A program made the translations under genes and the position numbers. From a virus, in IMG/VR virus record IMGVR_UViG_3300031227_009907, positions 1 through 64,000 of that record: a stretch of DNA of 64,000 nt. One strand, 5' to 3'. Shown here piece after piece: positions 10,201 to 18,077 of the stretch. The notes below the pieces were generated by a model. It saw only the letters and a list, made by a program, of their open reading frames with translations, ran no database searches and was not told the origin of the DNA. Each line of letters begins with the position of its first letter. Within the stretch, counting starts at the first letter, position 1.

Positions 10201-10779
10201 TCTTCTCCTGATCGTGGCTTAGATGTTTTGATTGAGCATATTTTCCCTGAGTTGGTAAAGATGTATGGGCATAATATTTATTTAAAAGTATTTTATGGTT
10301 GGGAAAATTTTGATGCTGTTGCAGAGTATAGAAATGATAATGACATGAGGGCTTTTAAGAAGAAGGTTACGGATGCGCTCAATAGTATGGTTGCTTTTGC
10401 TGATGGACCCCTTAGGCTTGGGAAAAAGGAGTTTTATCAAGAGTTAGCGAAATGTGATTATTGGATTTATCCAACTTATTTTAACGAAACATTTTGTATT
10501 TCTGCCATAGAAGCTATGTTGTGTGGCGTTACACCTATTGTAACTAATTTGGCGGCATTACGCACAACTGTTGGGGAACATGGGTATCTTGTGAGCCCTG
10601 AGCCTGGAGGAGTTTATAACTCAGTTGTTCAGGACAACTTTATTAATTTATTTGAGGCGGTAAGAAAGATGGATGATAATAGACTTGAAAAACTTAAGAA
10701 GGCTATGGGGTACGCAAAACAATTTGACTGGAGTAATGTCGTTAAAGCATGGGATGAAATGTTGCAACGGATGCGGTGA
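7219..10779 (+). CDS. Triple glycosyltransferase fusion: CgeB/Glyco_trans_1_2-like + GT2 + GT4
   Basis: RTFEALASG..LLTN/HSYQAR; IIIPT/FANDDV/SDLDYC/FVFHFG; GLGGSE/SSPDRGL/ETFCISAIEA; GGAG RBS before ATG 7219. Confidence 0.88.
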   Translation: MVDYLVTTREVISGLKEVRERTWGSKKVLVIYGMLGGNTNQYMSYGDHWMNAFRALCEDDNVGYYNANVDIYKLPKGYDLYFFVEFNPEFLKVKDLDLGGRTAIYCWDTHLHPFVYLGCLPKVFDYVFVSNPVDALRLEEYSGKGNVHCIPEAFNPSIHHPYLPELEAARMNMVIFIGQRDDVYLGPDLKTKDACTQFVANKLGDKFVRLQGVWGKQYGAHLRASKVGFDFSVGEHLGTRTFEALASGCILLTNERKAIRDFKADNLGDASFADNIVMYRNMDDLKGSIENLLKPKFKAHMDEETWKNFVRNHSYQARTLDMLRIVGGVEESARGTDDSTYRKEIDHRIDAAEILNGRHIGDDPERQTALEEERKVLDRNKIEIFIIIPTLQGNEEYLRLCLESLSKSTEYDGFKYKLLIVGNIENIAYDVLSPSISVINFYLGENSYFTMKVNRAVKWLLDSGSLEKEEGINKYVIFANDDVIARKDAIKNMVDMMQKDENVAGICPVSNCDLGWRCEDLDFALWGSNANNKLILHPDMTIEEIRAIVPVSGDMFNNNIYWRITNANIDFDGSWHMLCDSEDLDNSLFFDGYDLYERVVEWIPFYFVMFPGELVKDTGLLDGQYRITHSDLDYCERAKQKWVSTQGPIEFGICHSAFVFHFGAKARHLLEDKDYDEYHRICEEDIKKYHVAHMGDIPVMDDGGVQPPMVSVGDKKHREAIDKIDVGTQDNEPFIPIGEMPGGDEEVRDKPFTCSHVAYPPKLDLTLLTQGMDDVTSPKISFDSNYWIGRAEKHPRGRVVVYSGLACEDWSRKSMTEKGLGGSETCQIYLCEHLAKLGYEVYNVGQCPMDWHGRIVSGVVWVRYDQWEDFRNLMNNVYIDFFISSRDLDVLKAVAPVGYMKKILWVHDTWYGEMEVPFDLIDKIVLLSPWHKSWWDQCYGDDIKLMQKYGAGWLNYNMVSIISDGVDTRDFPEVDLERKVSKCGEDKPIELAYISSPDRGLDVLIEHIFPELVKMYGHNIYLKVFYGWENFDAVAEYRNDNDMRAFKKKVTDALNSMVAFADGPLRLGKKEFYQELAKCDYWIYPTYFNETFCISAIEAMLCGVTPIVTNLAALRTTVGEHGYLVSPEPGGVYNSVVQDNFINLFEAVRKMDDNRLEKLKKAMGYAKQFDWSNVVKAWDEMLQRMR

Positions 10780-10825
10780 TGAAAATGAATAGGGAAGTTT
10801 GACAGGAATGTTCAAGTATCTTTAA

Positions 10826-11203
10826 TTGATGGGAGAAAGATTCGTGAAACCCTTAAGTGCGTTAAATCCTCAGGTTCCAGGATTGCAAGTGGTAGTTAAA
10901 CCTGAGATACTAATCAATATTAAAAATCGTAATGAATTGATAATTTACATTAATGAGATATTGCAACAAATAGGGGATGGTTTATTGGCGGCTGTAGAGC
11001 AGCTATGGACCTATGAAGGGGATGATTCTCAAAATATTATTGTTCCTGGGGCTCCCAAGGTTGCTGATTTTGACAAGATGAAGAAACTCTTGGAAGGGGG
11101 GAATGGAGGAGAGGGGAAGGAAGACACAGGTGGGGAGGATGAAGTCAGCCCTGAGGCAACACAGGGCGAATTTGATAAGGGGATTGAAGAAGATGAAGGT
11201 TAA
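10826..11203 (+). CDS. Hypothetical protein with acidic tail
   Basis: ORF in operon context. Confidence 0.5.
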   Translation: MMGERFVKPLSALNPQVPGLQVVVKPEILINIKNRNELIIYINEILQQIGDGLLAAVEQLWTYEGDDSQNIIVPGAPKVADFDKMKKLLEGGNGGEGKEDTGGEDEVSPEATQGEFDKGIEEDEG

Positions 11204-11510
11204 TGTAAATGGTGAAAAGTATGTTGTAGCCTGGAGATATACTAGGCATTTTCCTCCTTTCTTTAAATTTATTGGGATTACATATTGCTATATTAAGCTT
11301 TTCAATTTTAGCGATAAAAAAGGAGATTGGGGAGAAGAGATTGTTGCCTCCGATAGCGCCAAGTGCTCTGTTATGGATCAGTTTTGTAAGGATGTTGGTA
11401 GAAAAATTTCCTTAAAAAGAGCCCTTGTCGGTTTTGATAAAAACATTAGAGGTGCTTTTTGGCACGCATATTTGCATAGGAATGAGGAGGAAAAGAGTGA
11501 AGTGGCTTAG
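11193..11510 (+). CDS. Conserved phage hypothetical protein
   Basis: AKCS..DQF.K..GRKISL.RAL motif; overlaps upstream stop. Confidence 0.6.
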   Translation: MKVNVNGEKYVVAWRYTRHFPPFFKFIGITYCYIKLFNFSDKKGDWGEEIVASDSAKCSVMDQFCKDVGRKISLKRALVGFDKNIRGAFWHAYLHRNEEEKSEVA

Positions 11511-11997
11511 GTATCTTAAATATATTTTAATCCATAAATGGTACGTGATGTTGATGTGTTTTAGATTTGGCCTTATATGGCGCGGTGTTGTGCATGATTT
11601 GTCTAAATTTTATCCTTCAGAGTTCATTCCCTATATTGAACATTTTTATGGTAAGAAAGCAAAAAAGTGGAGAGATAATACTGGCTATTATAAACCTTCT
11701 GATACTGGTGATTTAAATTTTGATAGGGCATGGAATTATCATGCTAATAGGAACGATCATCATTGGCAGTTTTGGGCTATCCCTGAATATGATAGTGTTA
11801 AAGCTCTTGAGATGCCCGAAAAGTGTGTAAAAGAAATGATATGTGACTGGTGGGGAGCCAATAAAGCACAAGGGCATGGGGGATGGGGAGGCCCTGATGG
11901 GGTTAGAGTTTGGTATATGAAAAATGAATATAAGATGGTTTTGCACATTAATAGTAGATTGATGGTGGAGCGCATTCTTAATGAAATTTCTGGGTAA
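11497..11997 (+). CDS. DUF5662-like HD-type protein
   Basis: HKWYV, HDLSK..SEF, AW.YH..RN.HHWQFW, MP...EMICDW; GAGGAGG RBS before GTG 11497. Confidence 0.8.
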   Translation: MKWLRYLKYILIHKWYVMLMCFRFGLIWRGVVHDLSKFYPSEFIPYIEHFYGKKAKKWRDNTGYYKPSDTGDLNFDRAWNYHANRNDHHWQFWAIPEYDSVKALEMPEKCVKEMICDWWGANKAQGHGGWGGPDGVRVWYMKNEYKMVLHINSRLMVERILNEISG

Positions 11998-12202
11998 ATT
12001 GTTACCATTCTAAGAGATAGAGGAGAGTAATGATGGGTATTTTAGAGACAGCTATAAATCTTGTTGTGTGGTTTTTGTGTATGTTATTCTCTATTATATG
12101 TGTTATTTATTCTGGTGAGTTTAAGGGACCTAACAGGGTTATACTTTTTGGTATTGCAATTATCCTTGTTTATCTTATGACATTGCGTAAGCCAGGTGGG
12201 TA

Positions 12203-13609
12203 ATGAAATTTTTGGGTAAATTGTTACCATTCCAAAAGACAGGGGTAGATATTGCCTTTGAGGCTCTACATGAGACCCGTAAGGCGTTTATCCTATCTGA
12301 CCAAATGGGCCTAGGTAAAACTTTTTCTGGGATTGCTATAGCTAGTAGGATGGACATTAATCGATGTCTAGTTGTCTGCCCAAACCCGGCAAAGGAAATA
12401 TGGGCAAGCCATATTGAAAAGCTTACAGATGCTAGCTATTTAATTGTTAATTCAAGGAGCGAATTAAAGAGCAGGGTTAATTTTTTAATAATTGGATATG
12501 ATAGGTTGCGGATATTAGAAGGTTGTATATCTAATAAATATTTTGAATTATTGATTGCTGATGAATTTCATAGCATAAAAAATCCAGACGCTAAAAGGTC
12601 GCAAGCTATTAGATCATTGAATGCTAAGTTTAGGCTTTTCCTGTCTGGAACTCCTGTTTTAAATTATAGGGATGAATTATTTAATGTATTGAATATCGTT
12701 GATCCTGTAGAGTTTCCAGGTTATGATAACTTTGTAAGTCGCTTTTGTACTACAGACAGAATAAGGGTTAGATATAGGAAGGGCAGGCGATGGAGGACTC
12801 ATTTTGTTAAAAAGGTTTGTGGTGGCAAAAATACGAAGGAGTTAGTTGGTTTAATTAGTCCCTTTATGCTTAGGCGTACAAGAAAAGATGTTCTTCCTTT
12901 TTTACCTGAAGAACTTTATCAAACCTATTATGTAGACATGAAGGGAAAACAGTTACAGCTTTATAAAAAGGTTGAGAGGTCACTAAGAGACGATATAGAT
13001 AAGAAGGGGGTTAATACTCAAAATGCAATTGTCCGTTTTACTAAACTTAGGCAGATGTGCCAGATAGTTAAGAGGGATAGTGGAAAATATAGTTCTGTAA
13101 AGTTAGATTTCCTAGAAGAGCTTTGTGAAGATATTTTACAGACTAAAGATGATGGGAATATAAATAAAATACTTGTTGTGTCCCCATTTCGAGTCCCAGT
13201 TAGACATGCCCGTAAGATGCTAAACGCCTTTAATCCCGTATATGTTGATGGGACTGTTTCTGATGATGATATGGAGAAGGAGAAGAAAAAGTTTCAAGAA
13301 GATAAAACATGCCGTGTTTATATTGGAACAATCAGGAAGAATATGCAGGCCATTACCCTTACGGCGGCAACTCATGTTATATATATAGGGTGTGACGTTG
13401 TTCCTGCGTATAATGAGCAAGTTAAGGATAGGGCCATAAGGATAGGGCAGAAAAGGTCTGTATTGGTAATAAAAATTCTTTGCAGAGATAGTATCGAGGA
13501 GAGGATTGAAGAAATATTAGAGAGAAAGGGGGATGATTTCAACGATCTATTTGGTAAGGGGGGGAATAGGTTTAGTAGAAGCATAAGCTCGATAAGAAAG
13601 GTATTGTAA
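12203..13609 (+). CDS. SNF2-family helicase/translocase
   Basis: LSDQMGLGKT, DEFH, LSGTP, MLRRT, Q..DRAIRIGQ. Confidence 0.93.
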   Translation: MKFLGKLLPFQKTGVDIAFEALHETRKAFILSDQMGLGKTFSGIAIASRMDINRCLVVCPNPAKEIWASHIEKLTDASYLIVNSRSELKSRVNFLIIGYDRLRILEGCISNKYFELLIADEFHSIKNPDAKRSQAIRSLNAKFRLFLSGTPVLNYRDELFNVLNIVDPVEFPGYDNFVSRFCTTDRIRVRYRKGRRWRTHFVKKVCGGKNTKELVGLISPFMLRRTRKDVLPFLPEELYQTYYVDMKGKQLQLYKKVERSLRDDIDKKGVNTQNAIVRFTKLRQMCQIVKRDSGKYSSVKLDFLEELCEDILQTKDDGNINKILVVSPFRVPVRHARKMLNAFNPVYVDGTVSDDDMEKEKKKFQEDKTCRVYIGTIRKNMQAITLTAATHVIYIGCDVVPAYNEQVKDRAIRIGQKRSVLVIKILCRDSIEERIEEILERKGDDFNDLFGKGGNRFSRSISSIRKVL

Positions 13610-13872
13610 TGAAATACGCTGTCAGTGTAAAAGAGAAAAAGCAGCGTTGTCCTCGTAGGCATGAAAGATTATGGGAATTTGGGAAGGGAGGAGGTGTCGT
13701 TTATTGGTGTCTTGACTGTGGGGGGATTTCTTTAAAGAATATTCCGAAGGGAACAAGAAGGCTTTGGTTTTATCCTGGCAGCACTAATGATAGATTTGAA
13801 AAAGATGTAGAAATATGGAATAAGATTGTGAATATTATTGATGAGATGCACAATAATAGCTGTAGGATTTAA
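13609..13872 (+). CDS. Small hypothetical protein
   Basis: CP..H ... WCLDCG; flanked by ~57 bp direct repeat. Confidence 0.6.
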   Translation: MKYAVSVKEKKQRCPRRHERLWEFGKGGGVVYWCLDCGGISLKNIPKGTRRLWFYPGSTNDRFEKDVEIWNKIVNIIDEMHNNSCRI

Positions 13873-13924
13873 GGGGGAGGGATAGGTTTAGTGGAAGCAT
13901 AAGCTCAATAAGAAAGGTGTTATA

Positions 13925-14353
13925 ATGTGGTTTTTTAAGAAAAGGCATGGAATGTGTTGTGTTTGCGGTAAATTGGTTCACGCTGGATTTGATGGAGACG
14001 TGGGGTGGGTTGACCATTATTTAACGGATCGCTATATTCATTTTTTATGCCGGGAAAGGCATAGTCCTAATGATAGACGGAAAGAAGGTACGAGCACAAG
14101 GCGTCTTAAGGTTCGTCGCAAGGAAGATAGAAATAATTTGCCCCCTGATAGTGTTAATATTTTAAAAATTCAGCTTGATTGTTTAGGGGCATTGGGGGTA
14201 GAGAAGTGGCTTATAAATGATGCTTTGAAGATGGCTCGGGAACGATGTGAGCAGATGAAGACCCCAAAGGGATTTACGGGAATGATTGGGATAACGGGGA
14301 TGGCGGAGAATTATATACGCGACAATGGCCTTAACAGTAAAGGAGATAAATAA
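13925..14353 (+). CDS. Hypothetical protein (Zn-finger-like N-terminus)
   Basis: CCVCG ... HFLC. Confidence 0.55.
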   Translation: MWFFKKRHGMCCVCGKLVHAGFDGDVGWVDHYLTDRYIHFLCRERHSPNDRRKEGTSTRRLKVRRKEDRNNLPPDSVNILKIQLDCLGALGVEKWLINDALKMARERCEQMKTPKGFTGMIGITGMAENYIRDNGLNSKGDK

Positions 14354-14859
14354 TGGATAAAGTAGGGGTGGGAGGGTTGGCTGATGCTGTTAAGATTAAT
14401 TCTTTTGTTGTGAAAGAAGAAGTAATTGCTCAAAAAATGGGGTCACAGGGTCAGTGGGGGGTTAAAGTAGTGCCTCTTCAACCAGAGAAATTATATGGGC
14501 ATCCAAGATTTTATGAAATCTTAGGAGAACTAAAGAAATTACATAATGATAAAAACCATGATTATGCCGGTGATGATCCTCTTTCTAATTTTGAGGTTTG
14601 CTTAGACGAGCTTGATGTTCCAGAATGGATAGGGGTTCTTATAAGGACCGGAGATAAAAGAAGGAGAATATCTAATTATGCAAAGCAAGCCTTAAAAGCT
14701 GAAATCTTAGGGAAAGCCGATGTAGAGAAATATCTTCATGTAGCAGACGAGAGCATTATTCAGACAATGAAGGATTTGGCTGTATACTATATATTGATGG
14801 TAATTCTCTTTGAAGAAGCGGTTTCTGCGCGTGAAAAGGACTGTGTTAAGGAGGAATAG
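14353..14859 (+). CDS. DUF1599/nucleotide-modification-associated domain protein
   Basis: KNHDYA..DPLSNF ... R.GDK..RI ... ESI..T..DLAVY. Confidence 0.75.
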   Translation: MDKVGVGGLADAVKINSFVVKEEVIAQKMGSQGQWGVKVVPLQPEKLYGHPRFYEILGELKKLHNDKNHDYAGDDPLSNFEVCLDELDVPEWIGVLIRTGDKRRRISNYAKQALKAEILGKADVEKYLHVADESIIQTMKDLAVYYILMVILFEEAVSAREKDCVKEE

Positions 14860-14860
14860 G

Positions 14861-15607
14861 ATGGCAGGGAAGGCCCCTAACGGCTTGTACAGACAGTTTT
14901 CGTTGAAGGAGGCTATCCATGACAGGGTGATGGCCTTGAAACGCGGCAAAGAGGGAATGTTTAATTGGAAGAGGAAAATGTCTGTGGCCAATATTCCAAG
15001 AGAATTTTGGCCTATTAATTTAAATAATTTTCAGGGAGATGAGTTAGCAAGAGAATACGTAGAAGTCTATTGTGGAAGATTGGATGAAGTATTAAAAAGA
15101 GGAATTGGATTTTGTTTTATGGGGAAACATGGCGTAGGTAAAACTTCGTTGCAGATGATTATCCTTAAGAGGGCATTAGAAAAGGGGTATAGTTGTTTTT
15201 ACTTAACATTGGCTGAACTTTTTAGACAAATATATATGGGGTTTAATTATCCTGAACTTCTTGTAGAGTTACAACGTCTTTTAACAAATACTCAATTTCT
15301 TGCAATAGGGGAGATAGGGAGAGATTATCATAGGAAAGATAGTAAACAGTTTATGTTGTCTGAGTTTGATTTTATTTTTAGAAAGCGGCGTTCTTTATGT
15401 TTGCCTACGTCTATTGATACGAATATGACAGAAGAAGAAATGGAAGATACTTATGGAGAGGCATTAATATCTCTATTTTCTTCGGTATTAAAGGTGACAA
15501 CGGTAGAGGGGGAAGATTTTAGGATAAAAATACAAAGGAAGCAGGTAAATGAATTTTTTGGGGAAGATGAATGTGGGTTGCCAATTAAAGAAGGGGAAGC
15601 GGAATGA
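14861..15607 (+). CDS. DnaC/IstB-like AAA+ helicase loader
   Basis: GKHGVGKT; FLAIGEIG; PTSIDTN; GEDFR; upstream of DnaB. Confidence 0.85.
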   Translation: MAGKAPNGLYRQFSLKEAIHDRVMALKRGKEGMFNWKRKMSVANIPREFWPINLNNFQGDELAREYVEVYCGRLDEVLKRGIGFCFMGKHGVGKTSLQMIILKRALEKGYSCFYLTLAELFRQIYMGFNYPELLVELQRLLTNTQFLAIGEIGRDYHRKDSKQFMLSEFDFIFRKRRSLCLPTSIDTNMTEEEMEDTYGEALISLFSSVLKVTTVEGEDFRIKIQRKQVNEFFGEDECGLPIKEGEAE

Positions 15608-15936
15608 AGTTGTTTGATAAGATTTACGATATACATAGGGGTGTTGTGCGTGCTCGTGAAATTTGTAGGGAAAAGAGTTCAATTTTAGAGGATAAACTTA
15701 AAAGGGATAGTATTGAGTTTGAGAAGTTTTCATCCGATTCATGCTTTAAAATATTTACTATTGAGAGAAATATTGTCGCAAAAATAGAGGAAAGCGATTT
15801 TGGTAAATTGGTAATTGTTTTTAGAGAACCTGGGGGTAATAATACTAAATTATTTACGCTCTCTATCCAAGAGGCTCACGCTGTTTGTAATTGGCTCAAT
15901 AAACTATTCAATAAAGAAGAAGGAGAAGATGAGTGA
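15604..15936 (+). CDS. Hypothetical protein
   Basis: Translationally coupled to both neighbours. Confidence 0.55.
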   Translation: MKLFDKIYDIHRGVVRAREICREKSSILEDKLKRDSIEFEKFSSDSCFKIFTIERNIVAKIEESDFGKLVIVFREPGGNNTKLFTLSIQEAHAVCNWLNKLFNKEEGEDE

Positions 15937-17237
15937 AAGACAGAATTCTGCTTGAGAGGAAGTGTCTGTATCTATTTTTGATAGATAGGCAGTTTTTTCT
16001 TCAGGTCGGGAGAAGATTTTCTGAAGATTCATTCTCTGAGTCAGCACACAAGTTTATATTTAAATGTTTGCAAATATTTAGAGGAAAATTAACGTATGAT
16101 ACTTTTTCAATAGAATTGCGAAAAAAGAAACCTAAGGATACGGTTATTATTAAATACCTTGATATTTTTAATGTTATTCAAGGATGTAAAGTTTCTAAGA
16201 ATGAGAGAGATTATGTCGTAGATGAATTGTTGTTAAGAATAGGTGCGGACGAAACGGCCAAGATAATGAAAGGGTATCTTGACCTTGTAGACAAGGGAGA
16301 ATATAGAGAGGCTGAGAATCTTTTTCATAGGCGCGCAAGGGTTTTACGTCAACAGTCTATGTTTTTGCCAGTTGATAAAGGAGAGGTTACTGAAGACTTT
16401 AAAGGTAGGTTAAAGGGGGTATTAGAAAAAAAGAAAGATGTCAATATAAGGTACGGGGTATTGACAGGGATTAAAAATATAGATAAATACAGTGGGGGTT
16501 TGTATCCTGGAGAAGTCGGAACGATATTTGGTCTAACGAGCGTGGGGAAGTCCGTCCTGGCAATGCAGTTTGCTCATTATGCGAGGGTAAGAGGGAAAAA
16601 GGTTTTATTTATAAGCCTTGAAATGCCGAAAAATCAGGTTCAATTACGGTATGATAGTATGGTTTCTGGGTTGGACTATAAGGATAAGTTAAAGTTTGGT
16701 CAAGTTACTAAAAAGGATATTCAGAAATGGGTTAAAAGCCTTCGTACAACGGGACAGATGAACGGAAAACTTTTTGTTGTTGGCGTTCCTCCCCTTGGAT
16801 TTACTCCCGAGAATGTAGTTGACATCTTGGAGGAATATGAAGAGTTAGATCATTATTTTGACCTATTGGTTGTTGATTATATTAATTTAATGGATAGCGG
16901 GTCTAAAGGGGGAAATGGCGGGAATTGGCTTGATTTAGCGCGTATAATGAGAATAATGAAAGGGGTAGCGATAGAGAAGAAATTGGCTGTTTGGCTTGTG
17001 GCACAACAGAGGGACAAGAGAGATAAGGAAGATGACTATGAGCCCGACAGTTATGACATAGGATATTCTAAGACAATTGCTCAAGTTAGCGATATGATGG
17101 TAGTATTATTTAAGACAGGGCAAGATGTTGAAGAAGACCTATTGTCTGTAAAGATAGCTAAAATGCGAGATGGGCAGACGAATATAACATTCCGTGTGAA
17201 ACCAGAATTTAAGCATATGAGAATACGAAGTATTTAG
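15933..17237 (+). CDS. dnaB: DnaB-like replicative helicase
   Basis: GLTSVGKS, FISLEM, VVDYINLM, VAQ, IAKMRDG. Confidence 0.93.
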   Translation: MKDRILLERKCLYLFLIDRQFFLQVGRRFSEDSFSESAHKFIFKCLQIFRGKLTYDTFSIELRKKKPKDTVIIKYLDIFNVIQGCKVSKNERDYVVDELLLRIGADETAKIMKGYLDLVDKGEYREAENLFHRRARVLRQQSMFLPVDKGEVTEDFKGRLKGVLEKKKDVNIRYGVLTGIKNIDKYSGGLYPGEVGTIFGLTSVGKSVLAMQFAHYARVRGKKVLFISLEMPKNQVQLRYDSMVSGLDYKDKLKFGQVTKKDIQKWVKSLRTTGQMNGKLFVVGVPPLGFTPENVVDILEEYEELDHYFDLLVVDYINLMDSGSKGGNGGNWLDLARIMRIMKGVAIEKKLAVWLVAQQRDKRDKEDDYEPDSYDIGYSKTIAQVSDMMVVLFKTGQDVEEDLLSVKIAKMRDGQTNITFRVKPEFKHMRIRSI

Positions 17238-17247
17238 GGGAGTAAAA

Positions 17248-17781
17248 ATGGATTGTATGACGCCTGAAGAAAATAAGGTTTTATCTTCTGGTGTGGGGCG
17301 AGCAACTTATTGCACCCTAAGTCCGCATGAATGGACGTGGACCGATGAACAGGCGCTTGAAATGGCGAGAGCATTAATGTTGCTTGGAAGAAAAGCTGGA
17401 CAACTTGAGGGTATGAATAAGAAGCTTAAAGAGAAGAATGATAGTTTATCTAAAAGATTTTCTTCTTCTATCGTTTGTCTTTGTGGATCAACTCGCTTTA
17501 TGGAGGAATTCTTTGATGTTGGTTGGCAATTAACTTTGGGCGGGGACATTGTTCTATCTGTTGGGGTCTGTAAGCACGCTGACGATCATGGAGGGGAAGC
17601 ACTCGGGCAGGACGTTGTTGAGCGCCTCGATGAACTCCACAAGCGTAAGATTGACCTGTGTGATTGGGTGATGGTGCTTAATGTGGATGGTTATATTGGA
17701 GAAAGCACAAGTTCTGAGATTGAATACGCACGGAAACATGGGAAGCCTATTAAATACTTGTGTCCAGAATTTGTGAAATAA
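17248..17781 (+). CDS. DUF4406/nucleoside-deoxyribosyltransferase-like protein
   Basis: VCLCGSTRF, LHKRKIDLCD, GYIGEST..EIEYA..HGKPI. Confidence 0.75.
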   Translation: MDCMTPEENKVLSSGVGRATYCTLSPHEWTWTDEQALEMARALMLLGRKAGQLEGMNKKLKEKNDSLSKRFSSSIVCLCGSTRFMEEFFDVGWQLTLGGDIVLSVGVCKHADDHGGEALGQDVVERLDELHKRKIDLCDWVMVLNVDGYIGESTSSEIEYARKHGKPIKYLCPEFVK

Positions 17782-17786
17782 AATGT

Positions 17787-17873
17787 GGGCCAGTGGCGGA
17801 ACGGCAGACGCAAGGGACTTAAAATCCCTCGTTATTAAATAACATATGGGTTCGACTCCCATCTGGCCCACCA
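17787..17873 (+). tRNA. tRNA-Leu(UAA)
   Basis: GGGCCAG/CTGGCCC acceptor, loop CT-TAA-AA, long variable arm, GGTTCGACTCC, encoded CCA. Confidence 0.95.
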
Positions 17874-17884
17874 TTTATATATAA

Positions 17885-17960
17885 GGGGATGTAACTCAAT
17901 CGGCAGAGTAACGCCCTTTTAAGGCGTGAGTTCGGGGTTCGAGTCCCCGCGTCCCCACCA
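17885..17960 (+). tRNA. tRNA-Lys(UUU)
   Basis: GGGGATG/CGTCCCC acceptor, ACGCC-CT-TTT-AA-GGCGT, GGTTCGAGTCC, CCA. Confidence 0.95.
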
Positions 17961-17965
17961 TTTAT

Positions 17966-18055
17966 GGGATCGTAGCTCAGTTTGGACAGAGCATTCGCCT
18001 TATAAGCGAAAGGCCATTTTGGTTCACGTTGGTTCAAATCCAACCGGTCCCACCA
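17966..18055 (+). tRNA. tRNA with UAU (Ile) anticodon and long variable arm
   Basis: GGGATCG/CGGTCCC acceptor, TTCGC-CT-TAT-AA-GCGAA, V-arm GGCCA-TTT-TGGTT, GGTTCAAATCC, CCA. Confidence 0.9.
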
Positions 18056-18077
18056 ATATAGCTTGGGGAATATTTAA

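Noticed and set aside
14268-14300. GFTGMIGITGM collagen-like snippet in ORF 13925
   Set aside because: Only about four triplets; compatible with chance
17554-18043. Minus-strand ORFs over the tRNA cluster
   Set aside because: Antisense to three well-formed tRNAs
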